DNA of 33,546 nucleotides from Deltaproteobacteria bacterium (GCA_019310825.1 JAFDDO010000003.1:1-33546), one strand, 5' to 3'; numbered from the stretch's first letter, positions 8,146 to 17,199 are shown. The notes: generated from the sequence alone by a model not told the origin. Program-made: numbers and translations.

Positions 8146-9576
8146 ATGGAATATGAGGTAGTAATAGGTCTTGAGGTTCATGTCCAGTTGCAGACTGAAA
8201 CGAAGATTTTTTGCCCCTGTTCAACTACCTTTGGTGCGCTACCCAATACGCATTCATGTCCGGTATGTGTGGGAATGCCTGGAGTTCTGCCTGTGCTTAA
8301 CAGGAAAGTTGTAGAATTTGCCATGAAAATGGCACTGGCCACACATTGCAAAATAGCCCCTTTCAGCGTTTTCGCCAGAAAGCACTATTTTTATCCTGAC
8401 CTTCCCAAGGGTTATCAGATTTCTCAATATGATCTTCCTCTGGCTGAACGCGGTTGGATTGAAATCGCTATAAACGGACAGATCAAGAGAATCGGTATTA
8501 CCCGCATCCATTTGGAAGAGGATGCGGGTAAATTGATACATGATGAAAACAGGCCGGTTAGCTATGTGGATCTTAATCGGACAGGTGTGCCTTTGATTGA
8601 GATTGTGAGCGAGCCTGATATTCGAAGTCCTGAAGAGGCTGCTTTATATCTCAAGAAAGTGAGACAGCAGGTCCGTTATTTGGAGATCAGCGACGGCAAT
8701 ATGGAAGAGGGTAGTCTGCGCTGTGATGCCAATATTTCCTTGAGACCCAGGGGGCGGGAAGACTTTGGCGTCAGGACGGAACTCAAAAATATGAATTCTT
8801 TCCGTAACGTGCAAAAAGCATTGGAGTTTGAGATAAGGCGTCAGACAGCTCTTTTACTTGATGGTCATGGGATAGTGCAGGAGACCCGTCTTTGGGATAC
8901 AGCCAAGAGCGTAACAGTCGCAATGAGGGGTAAAGAAGAAGCACATGATTATCGATATTTTCCCGATCCGGATTTGGTCCCGGTCGAGATTGATAATGCC
9001 TGGATGGACAGTGTGAAGGAAGAACTGCCTGAACTGCCTGATGCAAAATGCGCTCGCTTTGAGGAACAATACGGTCTTTCAGACTATGACGCAGGAATCC
9101 TCACAGCCTCAAAGTCCCTGGCTGATTATTTTGAGGAATGCGTAGCCCTGTTTCCCAGTCCAAAAATTGTCAGCAACTGGATAATGGTAGAATTGTTCCG
9201 TCTTCTAAAACGAGAGAATCGGGAAATTGACGCCTGCCCGATACCTCCTGCCGGCCTGGCGGAATTGCTCAAGCTGATAGACAATGGCACTATTAGCGGC
9301 AAGATGGCAAAAGATATCCTTGAACAGGCATATGATTCAAAAAAGAGTCCTAAAAAAATTGTGGAAGAACAAGGGGTCGCCCAGGTGAGTGACGAATCCA
9401 CAATTAGCACTTTGGTTAAGCAGGTAGTGGACGCCCATCCAAAAGAGATAGAAAAGTGCAAGGCTGGAAAGACCAAGATCCTGGGTTTTTTAGTTGGACA
9501 GGTTATGAAGAAGACAAAGGGACAGGCCAATCCCCAAAAGGTAAACGAGCTACTGCGAAAGGCCATGGGCCTATGA
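8146..9576 (+). CDS. gatB: Asp/Glu-tRNA amidotransferase subunit B
   Basis: [48 protein letters not shown]. Confidence 0.98.
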   Translation: MEYEVVIGLEVHVQLQTETKIFCPCSTTFGALPNTHSCPVCVGMPGVLPVLNRKVVEFAMKMALATHCKIAPFSVFARKHYFYPDLPKGYQISQYDLPLAERGWIEIAINGQIKRIGITRIHLEEDAGKLIHDENRPVSYVDLNRTGVPLIEIVSEPDIRSPEEAALYLKKVRQQVRYLEISDGNMEEGSLRCDANISLRPRGREDFGVRTELKNMNSFRNVQKALEFEIRRQTALLLDGHGIVQETRLWDTAKSVTVAMRGKEEAHDYRYFPDPDLVPVEIDNAWMDSVKEELPELPDAKCARFEEQYGLSDYDAGILTASKSLADYFEECVALFPSPKIVSNWIMVELFRLLKRENREIDACPIPPAGLAELLKLIDNGTISGKMAKDILEQAYDSKKSPKKIVEEQGVAQVSDESTISTLVKQVVDAHPKEIEKCKAGKTKILGFLVGQVMKKTKGQANPQKVNELLRKAMGL

Positions 9577-9627
9577 AAATAATTATTCACTTCCCCTCTG
9601 GCTGTCAAGGAATATGAACGGTTACCT

Positions 9628-10728
9628 ATGAAAAAAATTGCTGCTGAAAACTACAACTTGCCATTGACCCTGCTTCAAAGCAAAGGCAATACGTCTGTAG
9701 TACCGCTCAATTGGGAAAAGCACGTTCTTTATTTGTTAGACCAGAGGTTATTACCTCATGAGGAGACCTGGCTTTCGTATAGATCTGCAAAAGATGTTGC
9801 TCAAGCTATTAAGGATATGGTGGTGAGGGGAGCGCCGGCCATAGGGATCACTGCTGCTTTTGGCATGGTTTTGGCCGCTTATGGACTCAAGCATAAAAAC
9901 AGGGACTTATTTGTAGAAAAATGGCTGGAGAAAGCAGCTTTTATGCTTCAGGCCCGGCCCACGGCAGTAAACTTGAAGTGGGCAGTAGAGAGGCTAGAAA
10001 AGCTTGCGCGCAGGCATTATGAGCTGAGCCCAGGCGATCTCACAGCCATTTTAGAAAAGGAGGCCATTTCTATTTGGACAGAAGACGTAAGGGCCAACAT
10101 AGCCATAGGATTTCATGGTCAAGCCCTTTTACCGGAAACGGGCGGCGTGCTCACTCACTGTAATGCAGGCGGCCTTGCTACCGGTGGATATGGAACGGCC
10201 CTTGGAGTTATCAGGGCTGCCCTTTCTAGGGGCAAGAAGATCAATGTCATTGCCGATGAGACCCGCCCTTGGCTCCAGGGTGCCAGGCTTACGGCTTGGG
10301 AGCTTATCAAGGACGGGATAGCAGTTACTCTGGTTGTGGATGGAGCAGCTGGTTTTTTGATGCAAAAAGGACAGATCAAGGCTGTGGTGGTTGGGGCAGA
10401 TCGCATAGCAGCCAATGGTGATGTTGCCAACAAGATCGGGACCTACACCGTAGCTGAACTTGCCAGAGCTAATAACATCCCTTTTTATGTGGCTGCCCCT
10501 GTTTCCACAATTGATCCTTTCACCCCTTCCGGAGATCAGATACCCATAGAAAAGCGTGGGCCCGGAGAAATTACCACTTTTGCCGGAAAAAAGATTGCCG
10601 CCACGGGTGTGGAAGTTCAGAATCCAGTATTTGATATTACTTCTCACCATCTTATAACCGCCATAATCACCGAGTTAGGTGTGCTTACCCCGCCATACGG
10701 TCCTGCTATTTATGCCTGCTTCTCTTGA
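9628..10728 (+). CDS. mtnA: Methylthioribose-1-phosphate isomerase
   Basis: LDQRLLP, MVVRGAPAIG, RPTAVNL, THCNAG, ETRPWLQGARLT, GADRIAANGDVANKIGTY. Confidence 0.96.
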   Translation: MKKIAAENYNLPLTLLQSKGNTSVVPLNWEKHVLYLLDQRLLPHEETWLSYRSAKDVAQAIKDMVVRGAPAIGITAAFGMVLAAYGLKHKNRDLFVEKWLEKAAFMLQARPTAVNLKWAVERLEKLARRHYELSPGDLTAILEKEAISIWTEDVRANIAIGFHGQALLPETGGVLTHCNAGGLATGGYGTALGVIRAALSRGKKINVIADETRPWLQGARLTAWELIKDGIAVTLVVDGAAGFLMQKGQIKAVVVGADRIAANGDVANKIGTYTVAELARANNIPFYVAAPVSTIDPFTPSGDQIPIEKRGPGEITTFAGKKIAATGVEVQNPVFDITSHHLITAIITELGVLTPPYGPAIYACFS

Positions 10729-11617
10729 GCATTTAGTCCGATTGGTTGCAAATTTTTTTGATTCCTTCACGGCTGCCCTGTTTGTCCGTAGTCACCAGGG
10801 AAATGATGATCTCCATTTAATGGCATGGGAGAGTCTCAGCCCTTATATAGTGCCTGGATGCAATATAGAGATTGGTCAAGGGCTGATAGGCTGGGTTGCG
10901 CGGGAAGGGAAAAGGTTGCACGCAACCCATTTCGATAGAGATACCAGGACCCTTGGTATCTACAGCAGAGACGTTGGTATAAAGGCATTTCTCGCAGCCC
11001 CCTTACTCGACGGTGAAGGGGTCTTGATGGTCGACAGCAAAAATCGTTATTCTTTTCCTGAAAAGAAACAGCGTATTTTAGAAGATTGTGCAATAATAGC
11101 TACTGATTTATGGTTTTCCTGGAAAAATCACCGTGAACTCCAGTTCTTTCGTCGTTGGAACAAATGGCACCATGGCCTTTCAGGAAAAATAGAGCATATG
11201 TTGATAAGCTTAAAAAAATTGTTAGGGCTTAAAAGTGGTCTTGTGGCCTTTCAAGAAATAGACAAAAATGTTTTTATAATTAAGGCTACCATTGGGCTAC
11301 CTCAAAAGATTAGTCTGGAAGGTCAGCGTTTTAGTGTGGAAAAAGGCCTTGTCGGTTGGCTTTTGAGATACAGAAAGCACTTGACGCTTGTTAGTCGCCA
11401 TGAAGCAGATAAACACAGATCTTATTTTTTATGGCCTGGTGAGCCCTTTGACAGAGGTCCAGTGCTGATAGGACTCTTTCAGCCAACTGAAGCAGGTGCA
11501 TTGGTGTGGATACTTACCGGAGATACAGACTTGTCAGATTGGCCGGGAGATCTTGCCGAACTCCTGGTTTTTTCTCTTGATCGAGTTATTAATGATTATA
11601 CTGTAATAAATCCTTAA
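10712..11617 (+). CDS. GAF-domain protein (N-terminal GAF plus a probable degenerate second GAF), no output domain
   Basis: Two copies of the GAF-type motif (GQGLIGWVAREG; EKGLVGWLLRYR), FLAAPL..GVLMVDS. ATG 10712 overlaps the end of mtnA. Confidence 0.75.
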   Translation: MPASLEHLVRLVANFFDSFTAALFVRSHQGNDDLHLMAWESLSPYIVPGCNIEIGQGLIGWVAREGKRLHATHFDRDTRTLGIYSRDVGIKAFLAAPLLDGEGVLMVDSKNRYSFPEKKQRILEDCAIIATDLWFSWKNHRELQFFRRWNKWHHGLSGKIEHMLISLKKLLGLKSGLVAFQEIDKNVFIIKATIGLPQKISLEGQRFSVEKGLVGWLLRYRKHLTLVSRHEADKHRSYFLWPGEPFDRGPVLIGLFQPTEAGALVWILTGDTDLSDWPGDLAELLVFSLDRVINDYTVINP

Positions 11618-11774
11618 ATATGATTCTGTTCAAAATGCTTCGGATGCAAGGCGAGAGATTTTCGAGGAATGAGGCTTACCAGCGTATGTCGCAGTGACCT
11701 TTCTGCGTGCAACGCACAGGCCAGGTGAGAAAATCGAAGCAACACAGCAGATGGAGTATTTTCAGCAAAATCAT
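11592..11774. repeat. Intergenic palindromic repeat element, copy 2, with a ~29-bp internal insertion
   Basis: atgattctgttcaaaatgctt (11620) / gagtattttcagcaaaatcat (ends 11774). Collinear with copy 1 apart from 11698-11726. Confidence 0.8.
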
Positions 11775-11791
11775 TAATGATTGGAGATGCC

Positions 11792-12820
11792 ATGGCGCTT
11801 AAGAACCTTAAAAATATGATAAAACAGGACCTAGCCATGGATTTAGGCACTGCCAACACCCTTATTTATGTTCAGAGGGAGGGGGTGGTCCTGAATGAAC
11901 CCAGTGTAATTGCGTGTTCAACTGACGGCTGGGTAATTGAGGTGGGGCTTGCTGCAAAAAAGTATCTAGGCCGTACCCCGGAGGGTATCACGGCAGTGCG
12001 TCCTATGAAGGACGGAATCATAGAGGACTTTGATGCAGTAAGTCAGTTAATAAAAGTTTTCTTGAACCGTGCGCAAGAACGAAGGGGGATCTTCTCGCCG
12101 AGAATAGTAATTTGTGTTCCTTCTAATATCACCCAGGTGGAAAAACGGGCTGTACTTGAGGCGGCCCATGAGGCCGGGGCCAAAAAAAAATTTTTATTGG
12201 AAGAAACCATGGCTGCCGCTATAGGTGCTGGGCTCCCTGTCCATGGAGAAAAGCCTCAGATGGTACTGGATATAGGTGGTGGGACAACTGAGGTGGCGGT
12301 AATAGCTAAGTGGTCTTATTTGCACTGCGAGACATTACGGGTGGCAGGGGATGAATTTGATGACGCCATCGTTCGTTGGTTGACCAAAGAACGTGATCTG
12401 GTGGTTGGTCTGACTACTGCGGAGACTATTAAATGGGATATAGGATCGGTCTGGGATGATGAAAAGGGGCTGGATCAAGAATACAGCGTAGGGGGAAAAC
12501 ATTTTCTGCGAGGGGTACCGGTAACGTCCGTAATTACTCCACGGGAACTGATGCCTGCTCTGGAGAAACCGCTGGATGCAATTGCCGAAATAATAGAGGA
12601 TGTGCTTGGGATTTTGTCTCCAGACATCAGAGCCTCGATAGAATCCAACGGCATAACATTGACAGGAGGTGGGGCTTTGCTGAGAGGCATTACTCAATTC
12701 TTGAGTTTAAGGACCGGTCTTACGTTTCACCTTACAAGTGATCCGCTGACAACTGTGGTCCAGGGTGCTGGGCGAACAATTGAGGCCTTTAAGGATTACG
12801 AAAGGGTTTTTATTAATTAG
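11792..12820 (+). CDS. mreB: MreB/Mbl-family actin homolog (divergent, no mreC/mreD)
   Basis: DLGTANT, LNEPSV, RPMKDGII.DFD, VPSNITQVEKRA, DIGGGTTEVA, LTGGGALL. GGAG at 11783-11786 favours ATG 11792. Confidence 0.88.
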   Translation: MALKNLKNMIKQDLAMDLGTANTLIYVQREGVVLNEPSVIACSTDGWVIEVGLAAKKYLGRTPEGITAVRPMKDGIIEDFDAVSQLIKVFLNRAQERRGIFSPRIVICVPSNITQVEKRAVLEAAHEAGAKKKFLLEETMAAAIGAGLPVHGEKPQMVLDIGGGTTEVAVIAKWSYLHCETLRVAGDEFDDAIVRWLTKERDLVVGLTTAETIKWDIGSVWDDEKGLDQEYSVGGKHFLRGVPVTSVITPRELMPALEKPLDAIAEIIEDVLGILSPDIRASIESNGITLTGGGALLRGITQFLSLRTGLTFHLTSDPLTTVVQGAGRTIEAFKDYERVFIN

Positions 12821-12832
12821 TAGGATCTGTGA

Positions 12833-13828
12833 TCAAGAACCCTCCCCCTTTTTTATTTCTTCATGAAATATTACTTTATTACCCCCTGTTTTTTTTGCGG
12901 CATACATTGAGTCATCAGCTTTACGTATAAAATCGTCAATATCTTCGCGCAATTCCTTGTTTGTTCTCCTGAAGCGGGAGACACCTATGCTAAGTGAAGT
13001 CTTACCTATGTCCTCGTTCAGGTAATTGCTCCGTATACGTTCTGCTATCTGGTTTACCTGCTCTGTGTCAGCCTGGGGAATCATTACAGCAAATTCATCT
13101 CCTCCATAGCGAAATGGAGTATCAACATTACGCCTGATGGAATTACCTAGCACCTTGGCCAAGCGCTGGAGCACATGTTCTCCTGCCTGATGCCCCAATG
13201 TGTCGTTCAGCTCCTTGAAATTGTCCAGGTCTAATATGATTAGAAAAAGAAAATAATTTTGGCGGGTGGCCCTTTGGGCTTCCTCTTCCAGCTTATTGTC
13301 GAGAAAGCGCCTGTTGTATAGGTCTGTAAGGACATCTCTTACGGAAAGTCGTTCCAACAGGGCTCTATATCCACGTTCCCTGATTATTCTGTTGAGCTTG
13401 GCCTCTAACTCGTCCAGGTAAAAAGGTTTTTGAATGAAGTCACATGCTCCAGCTTTAATAACGTCGGTGTAATTAAAGTCTCGACCATATCCTGTTATTG
13501 CTATCACATCGGTTTCAGGCCAAAATTTTTTGATATTCAGGATAAGCTCCATTCCATCCATCCTGGGCATCAGAAAGTCAGTGATTACGATGGTACTGGG
13601 GGACTGCTCCAACAATGATATGGCCTCCATACCGTCAGTTGCTGTACGACATTGGTGCCCCAAACGGGAAAGGAATTCTGCCAATAAGTTTAAGATGGTA
13701 GGATCGTCGTCAACAATTAGCAGTTGTTGTGTTTCTTGTGGCAGATTTTTTGGGATAAAATCTATTTGGCTTTCAGATGATTCTAAAATTTCAGACAACA
13801 CAGCCTCCGAGACTTTATTGGTATACAA
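12833..13828 (-). CDS. Response-regulator diguanylate cyclase (REC-GGDEF)
   Basis: REC: IVDDD, ITDFLMP, ITG, QKPF. GGDEF domain: DVLTDLYNRR, DLDNFKELNDTLGH, I-site RNVD five residues before RY-GGDEF. Confidence 0.93.
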   Translation of the reverse strand: MYTNKVSEAVLSEILESSESQIDFIPKNLPQETQQLLIVDDDPTILNLLAEFLSRLGHQCRTATDGMEAISLLEQSPSTIVITDFLMPRMDGMELILNIKKFWPETDVIAITGYGRDFNYTDVIKAGACDFIQKPFYLDELEAKLNRIIRERGYRALLERLSVRDVLTDLYNRRFLDNKLEEEAQRATRQNYFLFLIILDLDNFKELNDTLGHQAGEHVLQRLAKVLGNSIRRNVDTPFRYGGDEFAVMIPQADTEQVNQIAERIRSNYLNEDIGKTSLSIGVSRFRRTNKELREDIDDFIRKADDSMYAAKKTGGNKVIFHEEIKKGEGS

Positions 13829-13837
13829 GGTTATCTT

Positions 13838-13909
13838 GAATCAATTGATTCAGAAATTGCGAATTTAAGGAATTGATGGTTGTTTTATTGATTCCAATTC
13901 CTCAATTCG
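13838..13909. repeat. 14-bp perfect palindrome plus an inverted GAATT-unit repeat
   Basis: GAATCAATTGATTC (13838-13851). cgaatttaaggaattg (13860-13875) vs revcomp of caattcctcaattcg (13895-13909). Confidence 0.6.
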
Positions 13910-14068
13910 AGATTATTTATAATAATTTAAAGAGAACAAAACAAGATATTCTTTGATTCTATAAAAATAACAACTTTGTTGATTTTGATTCGCCTCCTTG
14001 CTAAGATTAAATTGATTTTTCAGTTAATATTTTCAATCAAGGGTATTTTTCTTCAAGCCAAATAATAA

Positions 14069-15154
14069 ATGGACTTAATGATTGGCAATAGCCCACCTAT
14101 CAGGCGCATCAAGGATCTGATCAATCAGGTAGTGAACACCGATTTGAATGTCCTTATTTGTGGAGAAAGTGGCGTAGGGAAAGAACTGGTTGCCCGCACT
14201 CTACATGAGCTTTCTTCTCGTCGAGATTATCCTCTAGTCAAGGTTAACTGCGCTGCGCTACCAAGCGAACTTCTGGAAAGCGAACTATTTGGTTATGAGC
14301 GTGGTGCATTTACTGGAGCAGTACAACCAAAGCCGGGAAAATTCGAGTTAGCCAACGAAGGAACCATACTGCTTGATGAAATTGGCGATATGCCTGTTGC
14401 ACTGCAGGCCAAACTTTTACAGGTATTACAAGATTCTGAATTCGCTCGTGTAGGCGGGGTGAGGAATATTCATGTCAATACCTGGGTGATATCTGCCACT
14501 AATCACAACCTTAATGAAGATGTAAGAAAAGGGAGGTTTAGAGAAGATTTCTATTACCGAATCAATATTATAAAGATAGTGGTGCCACCCCTTCGGGACA
14601 GAAAAGAAGATATTCCATACCTTCTTGAACACTTTATCCGAAAGTACAGAGGCATGTCGAAGGGTGGAGTAATTGATATCTCCGGTAAACTTGAAAAGGT
14701 ATTTGCTGAATATAATTGGCCAGGAAATATAAGGGAGCTTGAGAACTATGTTAGAAGGTTGATAGTCCTTAAAGATCCTGATTTGCTTAAAGAAGAGATC
14801 CTTGGGTCTATGGGCCAACAGATGTCGGAAGATCGACCTATTGCTGAATTATGGACGCCGGATGAATCCCTTATAAATTCAGTGCTCGATAACTGCAGAC
14901 AAGAAATGCAAACACAGTTCCCATCTTTAAAGAAAATCCGGAAAAAGAGTCTGGCCCGCATTGAAAAGGTAGTAATAGAAGAGGCCATCAAGCGGACTAA
15001 TGGTAATCGCAAAAAGGCTGCTCAGCTACTCCAAATAAGTTACAAGGCACTTCTTTATAAGATAAAAGATTTTGGGGTAAAAGTGTCGGCCATAGATTCA
15101 TCTGACGATAGCTTGGAGCTAAAGCTGCCGAAAGAACTGGAGCCATTTGTATAA
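14069..15154 (+). CDS. Sigma-54 enhancer-binding protein without an N-terminal regulatory domain (AAA+ and Fis-type HTH only)
   Basis: Starts MDLMIGNS directly at the AAA+ domain. GESGVGKE, ESELFG, GAFTGA, LLDEIGDM, FREDFYYR, WPGNIRE; HTH NRKKAAQLLQISYKALLYKIK. Confidence 0.93.
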   Translation: MDLMIGNSPPIRRIKDLINQVVNTDLNVLICGESGVGKELVARTLHELSSRRDYPLVKVNCAALPSELLESELFGYERGAFTGAVQPKPGKFELANEGTILLDEIGDMPVALQAKLLQVLQDSEFARVGGVRNIHVNTWVISATNHNLNEDVRKGRFREDFYYRINIIKIVVPPLRDRKEDIPYLLEHFIRKYRGMSKGGVIDISGKLEKVFAEYNWPGNIRELENYVRRLIVLKDPDLLKEEILGSMGQQMSEDRPIAELWTPDESLINSVLDNCRQEMQTQFPSLKKIRKKSLARIEKVVIEEAIKRTNGNRKKAAQLLQISYKALLYKIKDFGVKVSAIDSSDDSLELKLPKELEPFV

Positions 15155-15176
15155 TTTTTTATAGTTGCAATGTAAT

Positions 15177-15210
15177 AGAAAAGCTTTTCCATTTGTGGAA
15201 AAGCTTTTCT
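15177..15210. promoter_or_regulatory. Tandem palindromes GAAAAGCTTTTC x2: candidate upstream activator sequence and/or terminator hairpin
   Basis: Perfect 12-bp palindromes at 15178-15189 and 15198-15209 (20-bp period). Together they also form a 15-bp-stem hairpin followed by a T-rich run. Confidence 0.6.
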
Positions 15211-15278
15211 TATTTTGTTAAAGACGCCCAGATATTAGGCTGCATTCTCAGCATTAAATTAGTAAAAAAAAATTTATT

Positions 15279-15295
15279 TTGGTATCTTATTTGCA
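15279..15295 (+). promoter_or_regulatory. Sigma-54 (-24/-12) promoter
   Basis: TTGGTATCTTATTTGCA: GG(15281-82)-N10-GC(15293-94), matching TGGCAC-N5-TTGCW with exact spacing, upstream of RBS TAAGGAG and GTG 15358. Confidence 0.8.
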
Positions 15296-15357
15296 TTTAA
15301 ATTATCACTTAATAAATTATTCCCCCTAACATGACAATTTTTCCATAAGGAGACTCT

Positions 15358-16809
15358 GTGCAGCAAGGAGTCCATAGAGATCGGCGTCGATTTTTTCGAA
15401 TACCGTTAAATCTTCCGCTGTGTTTAAAAACAGGGCCCCTTGGATCTGCAACGAGTGTAGTTTCAACTGATCTGAGTCCGTATGGTATTCAAATTAAGTC
15501 TGATAGCCCTGTCAGTCTTCATGAGACTGTGACCATCAGGCCCGGCAAAAAAGGCCTCAAGACCGATTATGTTGCGAAAGGGCAAATTAAGTGGGTTAAA
15601 CGAGAAAAAGGCAAATTTAGAAGTGGAATAGCCTTTGAAGACGCAATTGATTGGCCTTTTTCTATTTCTGATCTAGGTAAAGGCATTGAGACTGAACTCA
15701 GCCGTTCGATTTATTTTCAATACATTTTAGACAGCCTGGATGATGGGGTTCTTATCTTTGATTCCAAGCTCAATATTGTTTCCTCCAATATTAATCAGCC
15801 ATTCTGCTTGCCAAGAGATCCTGAAAAACTCCGGGGAAAACATTTTACAGAGGTCTGTTCACTATTTAAGAATTCTAAAGGAGAAGGTTCTCTTAAAGAA
15901 CTATTAGATAAAGCCATGGTTGATAGAGAAGAGGTTAGGATAAGCGCTTTTCCTTGCGACTTGCCGTGGCTAAATGATACGGATTGTCATAGATATTATA
16001 ATATTTGGCTTTTGCCTTTAATCGGCCCTGGGGGTACAAAAGGTCTGGTTTTGCGCAATCGCGATGTTACTGCACTGCGCCGGCTCCAGGATAGGGAAAA
16101 AGCTAGGGAAGAGACCCAGTGGCAACAATACAGGCATTTCATTTTTGGTCAACTGTTCGATGATCTCCTTGAGGATATTGCAAATCCTTTATCTGCAATT
16201 ATTGGGCGTCTCGATCTTATGACTCAAAAAATGTCCAGCGCTGAAACTCCCATAGGTGAAACACAGGTCAAGGCTTGGGTCTCTGATATCAAGTCAATTC
16301 AGATCATAACAGGTCAAATAACGGAATTTTGTTGGGCCATTGCTTTTAGAAGGAAAAATGAGACAATAAAAGAAGCGGTGCCGTTTTCTTTGAATAGTTT
16401 AATAGAAGATGAGCTAAGAATTTTAGATCTCCATTTCTTTTTCAGGAAAATAGACAAGCAGGTATCATTATCTCCCGATCTTCCGCCACTTCATGTATGT
16501 TATTCAGAGTGGGCCAATGCGTTTTTAGCTCTGTGTCTAGTGCTGATGAGGCAGATGTCAACCCTCAGCAATATGCGGATGTCGATTCAGACTTTTAAGG
16601 AGAATGAAGACTTGGTCCTCCGCATCGTCCACAACGGTAAAGCCTTGAATACGCCTTTAGATAAAGATCCTGCCCTTAATATTTTGGCGCTCTTGAAAAA
16701 GAAATATGGAGTTCATATATACGTTTCAGGTGATTCGGGTTTTCAGACAGTGATACTTAAGATGGCAATACCAAAGATGCAAGAACCGTCAGGAAACTTC
16801 ATTTCCTGA
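15358..16809 (+). CDS. PilZ-PAS protein with a degenerate histidine-kinase core (pseudokinase)
   Basis: PilZ motifs RRFFR and DLSPYG. PAS-like ILDSLDDGVLIFD...N...RDVT. H-box-like LEDIANPLSAIIG lacks His; N/G1 boxes eroded, F/G2 boxes missing. Confidence 0.8.
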   Translation: MQQGVHRDRRRFFRIPLNLPLCLKTGPLGSATSVVSTDLSPYGIQIKSDSPVSLHETVTIRPGKKGLKTDYVAKGQIKWVKREKGKFRSGIAFEDAIDWPFSISDLGKGIETELSRSIYFQYILDSLDDGVLIFDSKLNIVSSNINQPFCLPRDPEKLRGKHFTEVCSLFKNSKGEGSLKELLDKAMVDREEVRISAFPCDLPWLNDTDCHRYYNIWLLPLIGPGGTKGLVLRNRDVTALRRLQDREKAREETQWQQYRHFIFGQLFDDLLEDIANPLSAIIGRLDLMTQKMSSAETPIGETQVKAWVSDIKSIQIITGQITEFCWAIAFRRKNETIKEAVPFSLNSLIEDELRILDLHFFFRKIDKQVSLSPDLPPLHVCYSEWANAFLALCLVLMRQMSTLSNMRMSIQTFKENEDLVLRIVHNGKALNTPLDKDPALNILALLKKKYGVHIYVSGDSGFQTVILKMAIPKMQEPSGNFIS

Positions 16810-16839
16810 AGTCATCCGCCAAATCATCCTTTTTTTGCT

Positions 16840-17199
16840 TCATTTCGTTAAATTTCTGCGAACAGAGGACTTGAGATCATCTAAGTTGAAGGATTTAACT
16901 ATATAGTCATCTGAGGCCCACGATGCCAAATCCTGTTTATACTCAGGATAAGCAGAACTCAAGATAACAGGCACCCTTGGTTTTTTCTGTTTCATTTGAC
17001 GCAGCACTTCTATGCCGTCCATACCAGGCATATTGATGTCCAGGATGACAAGGTCCGGTTCCTGAGCGTCAAAGGCCTTAAGGGCATCTTCTCCGCTCAT
17101 CGCCGAGTAGACTTCATAGCCTTCTTCTTCCAACTCTTCCTTGTAAAGGAGATGAATACTCTCTTCGTCATCAACTATGAGTATTTTTTCTTTATTCAT
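16840..17199 (-). CDS. Single-domain response regulator (REC)
   Basis: ILIVDDE, VILDINMPGMDG, LSSAY, VKS. Confidence 0.92.
   Translation of the reverse strand: MNKEKILIVDDEESIHLLYKEELEEEGYEVYSAMSGEDALKAFDAQEPDLVILDINMPGMDGIEVLRQMKQKKPRVPVILSSAYPEYKQDLASWASDDYIVKSFNLDDLKSSVRRNLTK

Noticed and set aside
7891-8181. ORFs 7891..8076 (+) and 7951..8181 (-)
   Set aside because: They are translations of the palindromic repeat element and the gatB leader.
11614-11859. 81-aa minus-strand ORF
   Set aside because: Lies over repeat copy 2 and antisense to the mreB start.
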